IMG/VR virus record: IMGVR_UViG_643692013_000008
Location: 32,001-96,000 of that record
DNA length: 64,000 nt
Direction: 5' to 3' (one strand)
From: a virus
Lineage: Duplodnaviria; Caudoviricetes
A program made the position numbers and the translations under genes. Below are positions 1 to 9,476 of the stretch, in pieces. Position 1 is the stretch's first letter. Each line of letters starts with the position of its first letter. Below the pieces are notes generated by a model that saw only the letters and a program-made list of their open reading frames with translations, did not search any database and had not been told where the DNA came from.

Positions 1-50
1 TTGGCCAGCGCCCTTTTCAGGGAAAGCGCTCGTGTGTGCATCGATTCACC

Positions 51-350
51 TCAATCTTGGCTTCGCTCCTCCTCGAGCTTGGCCTGCGTCATGCCGGTGA
101 TGGAGACGATACGGCCGCCGGGCACGGCGCGATTCGCGGCCACGTCGGCCGCCAGGACGTCGCGAGCCCACGCCAGCGCCTTGCAGGCGTGCTGCCGGCA
201 GCTGGACGCGTTCTTGAACTCGAAGCCGTCGACCGTGATCTCGACGCCGTCCTTCCCCATCTCGATCGTCACCCGGCCGACCGCAGTCAGGTCCGAGTAG
301 TCGAGATCCCGGCCTTGTAGGGCGAAGCCGTGCGGCACGGGATCAGCCAC
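51..350 (-). CDS. Hypothetical phage protein (late operon of A)
   Basis: GTG start overlapping the stop of the upstream gene; GC3-rich codons. Confidence 0.6.
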   Translation of the reverse strand: MADPVPHGFALQGRDLDYSDLTAVGRVTIEMGKDGVEITVDGFEFKNASSCRQHACKALAWARDVLAADVAANRAVPGGRIVSITGMTQAKLEEERSQD

Positions 351-612
351 GGCGGCGACGGCGGCCGGTGGCCACCAGCAGGCTGACGATCGACAGCGCG
401 GCCAGGCCACCGGCGACGAACTTCATCACCTTCAGCTCGGCGGCCTGGTCGTCCAGACGCTGGGCGGCGTCGCCGAAGTTCTGGTTCAGTTGCTGGGCGG
501 TCAGCACCTGGCCGCTCTTGAACTGGACCATTTCGGCGCGAGCGGCGCCGGCGCCGAGCGACGCGGCGGCCACCACGACGGCGGCCGCGATCATGCGGTA
601 GCGAGCATTCAT
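343..612 (-). CDS. Small membrane/exported protein, first gene after the late promoter
   Basis: AAGGA RBS; signal-peptide-like N-terminus, C-terminal hydrophobic helix plus poly-Arg. Confidence 0.7.
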   Translation of the reverse strand: MNARYRMIAAAVVVAAASLGAGAARAEMVQFKSGQVLTAQQLNQNFGDAAQRLDDQAAELKVMKFVAGGLAALSIVSLLVATGRRRRRG

Positions 613-664
613 CAGACGTTCCTTGGGACGGTTCGGAGGGTTCGGCCCGCGCCGTCCCGGAAAC

Positions 665-700
665 GAAAAAGCCCCGCTCGACATAGTCGGCGGGGCTTTG
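665..700 (-). terminator. tR'-like intrinsic terminator
   Basis: AAAGCCCCGC...GCGGGGCTTT hairpin with U-tract on the minus strand just downstream of the promoter. Confidence 0.8.
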
Positions 701-726
701 GACACAACGCGTGCAGAATGACAACA

Positions 727-755
727 AGTATACGTCTCTGTAACAGCGCGGTCAA
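727..755 (-). promoter_or_regulatory. pR'-like sigma70 late promoter
   Basis: TTGACC-17 bp-TATACT on the minus strand, downstream of the Q-like gene. Confidence 0.8.
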
Positions 756-759
756 ACCA

Positions 760-1224
760 TTACAGCGTGACGGTGAATTCGTCTGCTTTCCTGCGGCGCC
801 ATTGGTCGGCAGAGCTTTTCAGTTCGTCAATCACTGCTTGAACAGTCGCATGGTCGCCAGGGGTGGTTTTGCCATCCCAAAACCTATTCAGGCCGAGCGA
901 GAGGAAAAGCCCGCTACCCGTTGCTCTTGCGTGAATCGGAATATCCACTCGCACCTTGCCCAAAACAATTTGAACATTGCATTTGATAGAGGGACCCTCC
1001 CTAACCGGCATGCTCGAAGCTTCGGAATCAGATGCGTTCCCGTAAACTGCGAGATCATCCTCTCCCCACAAAATGACCATTCCGCCGGCGTTAAGCTTAA
1101 GCTCAATTCCAGCTTTTAGTTGGTCAATAATCTTGCGAAGCTCTTCGACCTCAATATCGTATCTACCCTGCGCCACATCGAATTTGTGGAGCAGCTCTGC
1201 ATGGGAAACTTGCTCTTGGGCCAT
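760..1224 (-). CDS. Low-GC hypothetical protein (moron-like) between the Q-like gene and pR'
   Basis: GAGGAG RBS, 154-aa ORF, visibly AT-richer than its flanks. Confidence 0.7.
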   Translation of the reverse strand: MAQEQVSHAELLHKFDVAQGRYDIEVEELRKIIDQLKAGIELKLNAGGMVILWGEDDLAVYGNASDSEASSMPVREGPSIKCNVQIVLGKVRVDIPIHARATGSGLFLSLGLNRFWDGKTTPGDHATVQAVIDELKSSADQWRRRKADEFTVTL

Positions 1225-1265
1225 CTGCGCGATTCTCCTCAAAAAAATAATCCGCCGCAGCAGGA

Positions 1266-1919
1266 TTATGCATGAGACTGTTGCTGCCCGATAAGCCCCG
1301 TAGCTTCGAAATATGGTGTGAGAATACCAGCGGCCCGATTCTCCACTTCTCGAATTCGAGCTTCAATCTTGTCGAACGCTCGCTTGTAAGTCATGTGGTT
1401 CGCACCGAATGACTTCGCGAGATCACGAAAACTGATTTCAACTCGCGCGTGGTTGGCATACCGGCGCGCAAGCATGCAGTCGAGCGCGAGCGTCGAAATC
1501 CCATCGAACGACGGCGCCAGCCATCCAGACAAACTCCGGATCGCCTCCGCCCGCTCCCGCAGGAAGAAGAACCTCTTCGTGCCCTCAGGCGTACGCTCGT
1601 CGCCCAGTTGCCCATAGCGTGCCAGCACGGCCCAGCGCTCGATGTCCGGCAGCTTCGTGCGCACTGCGCTTACGACAACTGCGCACTGCGCGCGGACGTC
1701 GTCCATCCCAAGGCCGGCGAAGTTCACTGTCGATTCGACGACATCGCCGATGAGTTGGTTGAGCCAGATGCGCTGGCGCGCGGTAAGTGTCGGCTGCATC
1801 TCCATGATCTGGATCAGGGCCAGGCGGAAGGTGTTCTTCTCCCGGACCGGCTGCGCCATCACGAGGAAGGAGACGTGCAGTGCTTGCGAGGTCGATTGGA
1901 AGACGGCGTCCATGGTCAT
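1266..1919 (-). CDS. Putative late-gene antiterminator (Q-like)
   Basis: Last gene of the pR operon before a pR'/tR'-like pair; C-terminal HTH-like segment (SFRDLAKSFG). Confidence 0.6.
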   Translation of the reverse strand: MTMDAVFQSTSQALHVSFLVMAQPVREKNTFRLALIQIMEMQPTLTARQRIWLNQLIGDVVESTVNFAGLGMDDVRAQCAVVVSAVRTKLPDIERWAVLARYGQLGDERTPEGTKRFFFLRERAEAIRSLSGWLAPSFDGISTLALDCMLARRYANHARVEISFRDLAKSFGANHMTYKRAFDKIEARIREVENRAAGILTPYFEATGLIGQQQSHA

Positions 1920-2182
1920 TGCGATCCAGTTTCAGTTACGGGGGGGTCTTTCTGCAGGTGATACAGGGCGCACCGGCGGCTGTCGGCCACCGACTTCGCC
2001 GGCCGGCGGACGCGGACGTCGCAGGCGACCTCAGGACCGCCAAGCGGCGAGCCGATCAGGTGCTTGCAGCCGGCGCACGTCCGCGTCGCGGCCCGACGGT
2101 CCGCCTCCTGCCGGCGCGCGCAGACTTCGGCCGGGTCCCGGAACGTCCAGCGCTCGCCCTCGTCCTTCCGACGTGTCTTCAA
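1916..2182 (-). CDS. Small Cys-rich phage protein
   Basis: CxxC motif, translationally coupled to neighbours; TTG start. Confidence 0.6.
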   Translation of the reverse strand: MKTRRKDEGERWTFRDPAEVCARRQEADRRAATRTCAGCKHLIGSPLGGPEVACDVRVRRPAKSVADSRRCALYHLQKDPPVTETGSQ

Positions 2183-2598
2183 TCCCACTCGACACCTCGC
2201 TGGGCGGCCCACGCTTGCGCGCGCGTGATGAGGTCCGAGTACTCGCCGATCGTGATCTTCCCGCGGGCGGTCGACCGGCGCTGGCGGCGGATCTTGCCGC
2301 TCTCGCTCGCGGTCTCGGTCATGCCGAGGAACTCGAGCACCAGGTACTCGTGCCAGTAGGTGACATCGCGCAGGCAGCCGTCCTCGTCGGCTATGTGCTC
2401 GGCGATCTGCGGGAGCACCACGCTGTGCCAGTACGCGCGCTGGCTGTCCAGCGCGTCGTGCTCGGGGCTGGTGATGATCACCACCAGCGGCGTGCCGCGA
2501 TCGATGTACGCCTTGGCGTGCGCGCGAACCACCTCCACGATCGCTTCCCAGACCATCGGCGTCCGCAGGGAGAACGCCCGAAACACTCGCTCGCTCAT
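2179..2598 (-). CDS. NinB-like recombination protein
   Basis: QRAYWHSVVLPQIAEHI and C-terminal QAWAAQRGVEW resemble NinB/YbcN; nin-region position. Confidence 0.65.
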   Translation of the reverse strand: MSERVFRAFSLRTPMVWEAIVEVVRAHAKAYIDRGTPLVVIITSPEHDALDSQRAYWHSVVLPQIAEHIADEDGCLRDVTYWHEYLVLEFLGMTETASESGKIRRQRRSTARGKITIGEYSDLITRAQAWAAQRGVEWD

Positions 2599-2930
2599 TG
2601 CTTGCCCACCTCCAGGAGGCCGCGCTCCATCAGCGCGATGTAGGTCAGTGCCACCATCTCGATCTCGAATAGCCGCCGTTCGGATTTCGTCATCACGCCG
2701 CCCTGGTCGAGCATCGCGTGGCAACCGCGGATGCCCGGACGGTCGCAGCACAAGGCTGCGATCGCCGCGTCGCTCGCCTTCAGCGCGCCGCCCTTGCCAA
2801 GGTTCATGTGCGCGGCCTGCGTGTACCGCTCGACGCCGCAGTTCATGCAGGGGAGCGTCACCACCAGGCGCCGCAGATCCTCCGACCGGAAGGTGAGCAC
2901 TTTCGGGAATCCAATCAGGCGCGCCGTCAC
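2595..2930 (-). CDS. DUF968/DUF1364-like Zn-binding HNH-like protein
   Basis: LPCMNCG...QAAH...ALC...CH motif. Confidence 0.65.
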   Translation of the reverse strand: MTARLIGFPKVLTFRSEDLRRLVVTLPCMNCGVERYTQAAHMNLGKGGALKASDAAIAALCCDRPGIRGCHAMLDQGGVMTKSERRLFEIEMVALTYIALMERGLLEVGKQ

Positions 2931-3217
2931 GTCCCCTCCCCGCGCGCGGCCGCGCACCGTTGGCAAACAGCAAATTCGCCGCGCTCGTGCAGCGCCGCAT
3001 TCCCGACTTCGAACCGCGTGTGCCCGCAGGCGGTGGCCACCGGGGTGATGAGCTGCGGCACGCCGTCGATCGACACCGGGCGCGCCGCCTCACGGCGAAA
3101 CCAGTGCGCACGTCGGCCGAAGGCGAGGAGCACCGCATACCCCTCAGTCCAATGCGCCGGCACGGATGCGCCCGGATGGGTATCGGGCAGCGGGCCGTCG
3201 ATGAACAGTCGCTCCAT
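2927..3217 (-). CDS. Hypothetical phage protein
   Basis: Coupled ORF, C-terminal CxxC. Confidence 0.6.
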   Translation of the reverse strand: MERLFIDGPLPDTHPGASVPAHWTEGYAVLLAFGRRAHWFRREAARPVSIDGVPQLITPVATACGHTRFEVGNAALHERGEFAVCQRCAAARGEGT

Positions 3218-3585
3218 CAGGCGTCCGCGCCTCCACCCGCATCCATGTCCTGCCGATAAACACGTCCGATGACGGTCTGCAATGGAGCAACGGCGCCTGC
3301 GGCGACGGCAAACGGGCTTGACACCAGCATTCGCCAGTGCGGATCTCGCGGCGCGGCGGGAGAGAGTTCAGGGACGCCGGCGGTGTACAGGGCCCAGACC
3401 GAGGCTTGCGGCCCTTTGGTCTTTCGGCTCTGGACGACGCGCACCTCGTCGCAATGACGGGTCAGCGCGTCATGAACAGTCGTCAGCGGAATGCCGCTCG
3501 CCACGCTGATATCGCGCACGGACATGCCGTCGCTGCCCAGAAGCACCACTCGGATGCGGTTCCACGACGCGTCATGGCAGCTCAT
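3217..3585 (-). CDS. HTH DNA-binding protein
   Basis: MSVRDISVASGIPLTTVHDAL HTH; C-terminus resembles 49068-49394. Confidence 0.6.
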   Translation of the reverse strand: MSCHDASWNRIRVVLLGSDGMSVRDISVASGIPLTTVHDALTRHCDEVRVVQSRKTKGPQASVWALYTAGVPELSPAAPRDPHWRMLVSSPFAVAAGAVAPLQTVIGRVYRQDMDAGGGADA

Positions 3586-4121
3586 TGGATGCCCTCCATC
3601 GACATGCCGAGGTGCATGATGGCCAGCGCGTCGGCCGTGTCGTCTTCCTCGGCCCCCACCCGGAAACCGCGCCGACGAGCCTCGTCGATCATGGCCTCCT
3701 TGCTCGCCTTGCCGTTGCCGGTCCAGGCCTTCTTCACGGTCCCGACCGACACCGCGACCAGGCGAACGCGCTGGACATCGCACCACGCCTCCAGGTGCGC
3801 GAGGAACCCGCCGTACACGTGTGCGGCGATCGTGTTCGGATGATCCTTCGTGCCGTGGGCCATGACGTGCTCGTAGTAGATCGCGTGGATCTCGCCGGCC
3901 GCGGCAAAGTGATTGCCGAGCATGGCGCGGAACTTCAGCCACCGTTGCCCGGGCCCGTCGGTCCGCTTCGCGGAGAAGTTCTTCGTCCCGTAGGTCAGGA
4001 CGCCGCCTTTCGAAAGCGCCCAGCCGCACTGCGTGCCGAGGTCGAGCGCCAGCAGGTTCAGACCGCCCAGCGCCGGCGGCGCCTCCGCGACGTCGAACTC
4101 GGTGGTGATGTCAGTCGTCAT
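3582..4121 (-). CDS. RuvC-like Holliday junction resolvase
   Basis: LALDLG...GW, YEHV, VKK..TGNGKASK, DDTADALAI motifs. Confidence 0.8.
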   Translation of the reverse strand: MTTDITTEFDVAEAPPALGGLNLLALDLGTQCGWALSKGGVLTYGTKNFSAKRTDGPGQRWLKFRAMLGNHFAAAGEIHAIYYEHVMAHGTKDHPNTIAAHVYGGFLAHLEAWCDVQRVRLVAVSVGTVKKAWTGNGKASKEAMIDEARRRGFRVGAEEDDTADALAIMHLGMSMEGIQ

Positions 4122-5505
4122 TGAAGCCTCGCGATTTAACAGGCGCCGAGCGCGGTTGCGGGTAGTAGCCCATGGCGAGGTCGCCGAACTTCGCCTGCTC
4201 ATGGATGAATGCGAGATAGGCCGTGCCGAGTGCGCCGTTGCGTTGCTTCGCGATGATTGCCTCGGCGGTACCGGCTTCTGGCGAGTCCTCGTGATAGACC
4301 TCGTCCCGGTACAGGAAGATGATCGTGTCGGCGTCCTGCTCGATTGCGCCGGAGTCGCGCAGGTCGGCCATGATCGGGCGCTTATTCGGCCGCTGCTCGA
4401 GCTGCCGGTTCAGTTGGGACAGCGCGATGACGGGCACGTCGAGCTGCTTCGCGAGCATCTTCAGGCCGCCGGAATAGCTGGCGATCCGAAGGTCGTGCCG
4501 CTCGTCCGTGCCGCCAGTCATGAGCTGCAGGTAATCCACGACGATCAACTTTAGGCCGTGCTTCCGCTTGACGGAGCGCGCGCGGCTCGCGATCTCGGCC
4601 ATCGTCAGGCCGGGCGTCTCGTCGATCATCAGTGGCAGCTCGGACAGATAGCTGACGACGTTGGTCAGCTTCGGCCAGTCGGCGTCCGTCATGTGAGAGC
4701 CGTTACGGACGCTCCGCAGTTGGATGCTTCCCTGCCGCGCGATCGCGCGCTGCGTAAGCTGCGTGCCAGGCATCTCCAATGAGAAGATCAGCGCGGTGCC
4801 CTGGGTCTGCGCAACGTATTCGGCAATGCCCTGCGCCATCGCGGTCTTACCCATCGAAGGCCGCGCAGCGACGACGATCAGATCACCACCGCGCACGCCG
4901 CCGCCCAGCTTGAAGTCGAGCTCACGGTAACCCGTCGCCGTAGCGAGCGGCGCGTTCCCGTGATGCTCCTGATCCATCTGCGTGACCACGGGGCTCAGGA
5001 AGGTGCCGATGAATTTCGGCCCGTCTGTGCGCCCTTCCGAAAGTGGCTCGAACTGCGATTGCGCAAAGGCTGTCAGCTCGTCAGCCGTCCGACCGTTCCG
5101 GTTTTGAACCTCGGCGCTCACTTTGTCTGCGGCCGCCATGATGTACCGCAGCTTCGCGCGCTCCACAACGATCTCGGCATAGCGCGCCATGTTGGCGGAG
5201 CCGGGCGTGCTCTGAACAATCGAGTTGAGGTAAGGCAGGCCGCCGGTCTTCTCGACATGGCCATGCGCTTGCAGCCATTCGTAGACCGTCACGGCGTCAG
5301 CGGAACGGCCGACGGCAATCAGCTTGGTGGCGCCCTCGAAGATGATCCGGTGCTCGTAGCGGAAGAAGTGTTCCTGTTGCAGGGCGCCAATGCGGTCGAT
5401 CGAGTCGTTGTCGATCATCAGCGCACCGAGGACCGATTGCTCGGCCTCGATGCTGTGCGGCACATCGATCGCCCCGTCGCCGAAATAGTTTTCGACAGCG
5501 TTCAT
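4111..5505 (-). CDS. dnaB: Replicative DNA helicase
   Basis: PHSIEAEQSVLG, ARPSMGKT, SLEM, DYLQL, LSQLNR, DLRDSGAIEQDAD. Confidence 0.95.
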   Translation of the reverse strand: MNAVENYFGDGAIDVPHSIEAEQSVLGALMIDNDSIDRIGALQQEHFFRYEHRIIFEGATKLIAVGRSADAVTVYEWLQAHGHVEKTGGLPYLNSIVQSTPGSANMARYAEIVVERAKLRYIMAAADKVSAEVQNRNGRTADELTAFAQSQFEPLSEGRTDGPKFIGTFLSPVVTQMDQEHHGNAPLATATGYRELDFKLGGGVRGGDLIVVAARPSMGKTAMAQGIAEYVAQTQGTALIFSLEMPGTQLTQRAIARQGSIQLRSVRNGSHMTDADWPKLTNVVSYLSELPLMIDETPGLTMAEIASRARSVKRKHGLKLIVVDYLQLMTGGTDERHDLRIASYSGGLKMLAKQLDVPVIALSQLNRQLEQRPNKRPIMADLRDSGAIEQDADTIIFLYRDEVYHEDSPEAGTAEAIIAKQRNGALGTAYLAFIHEQAKFGDLAMGYYPQPRSAPVKSRGFNDD

Positions 5506-5510
5506 GGCGG

Positions 5511-6308
5511 TCAATCCTGGCCCAGAACCCAACGCAGCGTGGCAGCGCACTCGCTGTCCGCAGGCTCCCCCGCCAGCTTCGCCTCGATCGTCGCGCGTGA
5601 GCGCATCCGGGGCGCGCCGCCGTCGATCACGGCCCGCTGCGCGGCCGCCTTGGCGCGGCCCTTGACGCCAGAACCAGCCGCGATAAGCGCCCTCACCTTC
5701 TCGCGCTGCTCGGCGGGTGACAACTTGGCCAGTGCCTTCGCGTGCGTCAGGTTGATCTGCTCGGCCTCGATGGCCTTCTGCACGTCGGCGCAGCATTCGA
5801 GCAGGCTGAGGGAGGCTCGCACGGTCTGCACGGTGCAGCCGAAGATCGTCGCCACATCATCTTCCGAGCGGTAGGCCAGCTGGCGTGCCATTTTTTCGGC
5901 GCGAGAAATCGGCGTCTCCTGCTGGCGGATCGCGTTCTCGCTGGCCGTCGCTGCCGAAAGCACCTTGTCGCGCTCCTCGCGACCAAGCCGACGCACGAAG
6001 CCTTGGATCAGCCGCGGCGGGTCGCCACGATCCCGGCGCCGGCGGTTCGCCTCACGGCAGTTTTTGACCCGCTGCCGGCCGGTCACGACCTCGATTTCCC
6101 CGGTCTCCGGGTTCTTCGTCACCTCGATGGGCTGGAGGACGCCCTGGAAGTCGATGTTGCGCACCATGGCCTCGTCGAGCGGAAGGTGCACGCGCGAGTC
6201 GTACAGCGGGTGGGCCTCGTCCACGACGAGCGTCAGGTCATCTGGATCGAAGTCGAGCAGGTTGCCCTTCCCCTTCGCGCCGTATGCATCGATCGAATTC
6301 TTTGCCAT
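5511..6308 (-). CDS. ParB/Srx-like domain protein
   Basis: GVLQPIEV...VVTGRQRV, ENAIR, downstream HTH. Confidence 0.8.
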   Translation of the reverse strand: MAKNSIDAYGAKGKGNLLDFDPDDLTLVVDEAHPLYDSRVHLPLDEAMVRNIDFQGVLQPIEVTKNPETGEIEVVTGRQRVKNCREANRRRRDRGDPPRLIQGFVRRLGREERDKVLSAATASENAIRQQETPISRAEKMARQLAYRSEDDVATIFGCTVQTVRASLSLLECCADVQKAIEAEQINLTHAKALAKLSPAEQREKVRALIAAGSGVKGRAKAAAQRAVIDGGAPRMRSRATIEAKLAGEPADSECAATLRWVLGQD

Positions 6309-6330
6309 TTACCTCTCCTTCTCAGTTGGA

Positions 6331-7305
6331 TCACTCACACAAACCGTAGGCAGACGAGCAGGCCGTGGCCGGCTCCGCGTCCGCGAGTAAGTCGTATTGC
6401 CGGCCGCCGCGCGTGGTCTTCGACCATTCGACAACCTGAAGCACCGTCGTGGCCTGCCCCATGTGCCCCGTGGTGCCCATGTGAAAGAACGAAACCGGGC
6501 TGAGAGGCCGGCATACCTCCGAAACGAGGCGCTCCCACGCTGCGACGCGCTCAACGTGCTCGGGGAAGCGGCGCGCGATCTCCCGGATCTCCGCTTTCTG
6601 CGCGTTGATGCAGGGCATGCAGCCGACGCGCGACATGCCCTCGCGATACAGCGGGTTCGGCTCGATGCCGGCGGCCGCGTGCGCCTCGAACACGTTGGCG
6701 ACGTTCCAGCGCAGGATCGGACGGAGCACGGCGTAGTGACCACCGCGCCATTCGTAGTGCGGCAGCCACCTGCGTGCCTCGCTCTCGTCGGCGCGCACGC
6801 CTTGCCACGATTCGACGAAATAGCCGTCATCGATCAACCCGATCGCGTATTCGGTGAGCGGGTTGCGCTTCAGGTACTCGGTGCAGAACTGCCGCTTGCG
6901 CGACGGGAACCCGCCGCGTACAAGGCAGAGGTCCAGGAATGGATTACCCGTCGGATGCAACAGCTCCAATGCGCGCGCAGCCGCCTCGGGCGTCCAGGCG
7001 TACATGAACTCGCGCTTGCCGTAGACCGCCGACTCGGGCTCGCCGGCGGCGAGCCGCGCCAGGTTCGCGCGCTTCGTCGCGAACTCGTCCGCAAAATCGG
7101 CCCGCACCACGTCGACGGTGATGCCGAGCGCGCCGGGCAGGTAATCAAGCGCGTAGGCGTAGGTGGCCTCGTGCTCGTTGCCGGTGTCCGCGAACACGGC
7201 GCGCACGTTCGCGCTGCCGTGCAGCTCGAGCGCGACGAGCAGCGTCGCGGTGCTGTCCTTGCCGCCCGACAGCGACACCACGTGCAGGGTCTGGCGATCG
7301 GTCAC
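6331..7305 (-). CDS. PAPS-reductase-family (PP-loop) protein
   Basis: SGGKDS, DTGNEH, GVRADES..R, RVGCMPC. Confidence 0.9.
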   Translation of the reverse strand: MTDRQTLHVVSLSGGKDSTATLLVALELHGSANVRAVFADTGNEHEATYAYALDYLPGALGITVDVVRADFADEFATKRANLARLAAGEPESAVYGKREFMYAWTPEAAARALELLHPTGNPFLDLCLVRGGFPSRKRQFCTEYLKRNPLTEYAIGLIDDGYFVESWQGVRADESEARRWLPHYEWRGGHYAVLRPILRWNVANVFEAHAAAGIEPNPLYREGMSRVGCMPCINAQKAEIREIARRFPEHVERVAAWERLVSEVCRPLSPVSFFHMGTTGHMGQATTVLQVVEWSKTTRGGRQYDLLADAEPATACSSAYGLCE

Positions 7306-7778
7306 GATGCCTCCCACAGCAGCTTCTGCCCGCGCAGGTGCGCAGCCGTATCGATACGCGGCCGTGCGGGCGTGTTCCAATTACCGCCGCCGCGGGCGCC
7401 AACGAGCCGCCAGCCGGCGCCCCGCAAACTGGCGCCGCCTTCGGCCGGCAGCGTGTACGTGATGAGGCGGCGGTAGCCAAGCGCGCGGGCCGCGCGCCAG
7501 GCCGCGCCGTAGAGCGCCGAGCATGCATTGCGCGTGCCGTCGGTGCAGCAGCGCGTCACCTCGAGCGTCAGCCCGTCGTCGTTCCCGCGCGCAACAGGGC
7601 GCCCAACGATCACCACGCCGCAGACGCAAGGCTCCTGCGCGGCAATCGAATCGAGCGACAGCGGATCGACGACGGCGATGCTGAACTTGTGGCCGATCAC
7701 CGGCCGGTGGTGTCGGTGATGGGTGGCGACGAAGGCGTTTGCCTCGTCGAACGATATCGGTGCGATGACCAGGCTCAC
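7302..7778 (-). CDS. XF1762-family / Mom-like GNAT protein
   Basis: EANAFVATHHRHH, GRPVAR, LEVTRCCTDGTRNACSALYGAA, RLITYT. Confidence 0.75.
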   Translation of the reverse strand: MSLVIAPISFDEANAFVATHHRHHRPVIGHKFSIAVVDPLSLDSIAAQEPCVCGVVIVGRPVARGNDDGLTLEVTRCCTDGTRNACSALYGAAWRAARALGYRRLITYTLPAEGGASLRGAGWRLVGARGGGNWNTPARPRIDTAAHLRGQKLLWEAS

Positions 7779-8845
7779 GAGGCCTCCCGGTGGTATTTGT
7801 CCTCGAGGCACTTCGTGAAGCCGTCGGGCGAGATCAGGAAATCGATGTCGGCGAGGAACGGCGGCTGCCCGGGCCTGGGCTTGGCTTTCCCGGTCAGGAA
7901 GTCCGAATCGGCGCAAACGCGGAAGAACCGGCACCAGGCCTGCATGCCCGCCTCGACGGTCGAGTAGCCGAACGGCTTGCAGGTGAGCGTGGCGGCCTCG
8001 CGCCAGCGCGCGGCGATCGCCCGGCGCCGCTTGGCGTTGAGCAGCCGCACCCTGGGATTCAGCGGCATCAGCTCGTGATACGCCTCGACGATCCGCTCGA
8101 CGGGGCACGGCAGTTCCGCCGGCTTGCGACGTGCCCCCTTGCCGCCAGCGTCAGCGTCGCTGTCGCCATCGCCGAGCAGATCCCTGTTGGGGCCATCAGG
8201 TTCGGCAGCACCGGCCGGTCCGGCTGGCTCGGCAGCGACCGGGGTGGCCGGCGTCGCGTCAGCGGCGCTGGGCACAGGGGCGTTAGCCCCCGTCTTTTTC
8301 TCCTGCTCCTGCTCCTGCTCCTGATTCCCGATAGCCTTCGGGGAAGGCTTTCCGGAAGGCTTAGGCGATGGCTTGTCGAAAGTCTCATGGAAAGCCTTGG
8401 CGAAAGCCTCTCCACGCCCGCAGATATTGGCTCTCAGCGATTCGTATGCCTCGCGTTTCAAGTCGCATTCGGGGATCAACTCCCACTCCGAGCCCCACGA
8501 CTTCACCACGTTCGGCGACTCGGGCAGGTTGCAGGCGATGGCCTTCGGGATCCACACGACCTTGGCTTTCCAGTCGGCTTTCGCCATGCCTTGCTGAAAG
8601 ACTTCCCGGAAGGCTTCGTCGAAGGCTTCCTGATCCCAGTCCAGCTCTTCAGCCATCGCCGCGCGGCCGCTCCGAAAAATGCCGGGGATCGGGCCGGTGT
8701 GAGGCCCGGTCAGCAGGTAGACCCAGAGGCCCGCGCCGCACGGCGGAATCGGTGTCAGCTCGCGGAATTTCTCGTCGCCCCACATGCGCACCTGGATTTT
8801 CCGGAACCGCGCCTTTTTCTCGTCGGGCTTGGTCGGTTCACTCAT
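7775..8845 (-). CDS. Phage replication initiator (O-like) with internal iterons
   Basis: Position after the cII-like gene; N-terminal W.DEKF..L domain, EQEQEQE linker, C-terminal ADIDFLI..F.K.LE.KY. Confidence 0.75.
   Translation of the reverse strand: MSEPTKPDEKKARFRKIQVRMWGDEKFRELTPIPPCGAGLWVYLLTGPHTGPIPGIFRSGRAAMAEELDWDQEAFDEAFREVFQQGMAKADWKAKVVWIPKAIACNLPESPNVVKSWGSEWELIPECDLKREAYESLRANICGRGEAFAKAFHETFDKPSPKPSGKPSPKAIGNQEQEQEQEKKTGANAPVPSAADATPATPVAAEPAGPAGAAEPDGPNRDLLGDGDSDADAGGKGARRKPAELPCPVERIVEAYHELMPLNPRVRLLNAKRRRAIAARWREAATLTCKPFGYSTVEAGMQAWCRFFRVCADSDFLTGKAKPRPGQPPFLADIDFLISPDGFTKCLEDKYHREAS
8330..8410. repeat. Putative replication-origin iterons (GAARGCYT every 12 bp)
   Basis: GAAGGCTT/GAAAGCCT units at 12-bp period inside the initiator gene; further copies at ~8596-8630. 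Confidence 0.6.
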
Positions 8846-9083
8846 GACTTTGATTCCTGACTTCCATGCTGAAGGCGCGCAGCAGCGCCAGCGCGTCGCC
8901 GGCATACCAGCGCGCGACAGGCAGCGATTCAGCGTCGCAAATTCGGTGGAGCAGCTCCGATATATCGGCGAGCTGCGGGTGGTCGATCGGATACGCGGAC
9001 CGCGTGCGCGCGAGCCGCTCGCTGCGCGCCGCGAGCTCGCGGTCGGTCGTCGACTCGGGGAGTGGTGCGGGCCGGCGTTTCAT
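8838..9083 (-). CDS. Hypothetical phage protein
   Basis: Coupled ORF in the pR operon. Confidence 0.6.
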   Translation of the reverse strand: MKRRPAPLPESTTDRELAARSERLARTRSAYPIDHPQLADISELLHRICDAESLPVARWYAGDALALLRAFSMEVRNQSHE

Positions 9084-9092
9084 GGCGACCGG

Positions 9093-9476
9093 CTACCCCT
9101 GGGGGCCTTGCATGCGGTCGAGCATCCGCAGCGCGTTCGACAGCGTCGATGTCGCTCGCTCGATGACCGTGGTGATACGGTTCACTTCCTCGGCTTTGTT
9201 CGCCGGCTTCGCCTCGAAGCCGATCTCCAGCGCGAACCATTGGAACGGGGCGAAGTAGCCCGCGTCGCGTGCCAGCCGGAAGACCATCATCGTCTGGGAC
9301 AGGTCGAGCTTTTCCGAGCGCGCGGGATTGAGGCAATCGAGCAACAGGCGTGCGGCCGTGTCGGTGGACTTGTCCGGCCAAAGCATCGGACCGATCTTCT
9401 TCGCACCGCCCAAGGCTTGTACGGCGGCCTTGAGCGCGTCTTCCGGTCCTTCGTAAAACGGGATGTCGAGCTGCAT
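9093..9476 (-). CDS. CII-like regulator
   Basis: ALGGAKKIG..LWPDK...LLDCLNP.R.EKL; position between cro and the initiator. Confidence 0.65.
   Translation of the reverse strand: MQLDIPFYEGPEDALKAAVQALGGAKKIGPMLWPDKSTDTAARLLLDCLNPARSEKLDLSQTMMVFRLARDAGYFAPFQWFALEIGFEAKPANKAEEVNRITTVIERATSTLSNALRMLDRMQGPQG

Noticed and set aside
6331-7305. Sulfate-assimilation cysH as an auxiliary metabolic gene
   Set aside because: No other sulfur-assimilation genes; the replication-module context favours a nucleic-acid-related role
8298-8325. (CTCCTG)n microsatellite as a phase-variation tract
   Set aside because: In-frame hexamer encoding the EQEQEQ linker common in phage initiators
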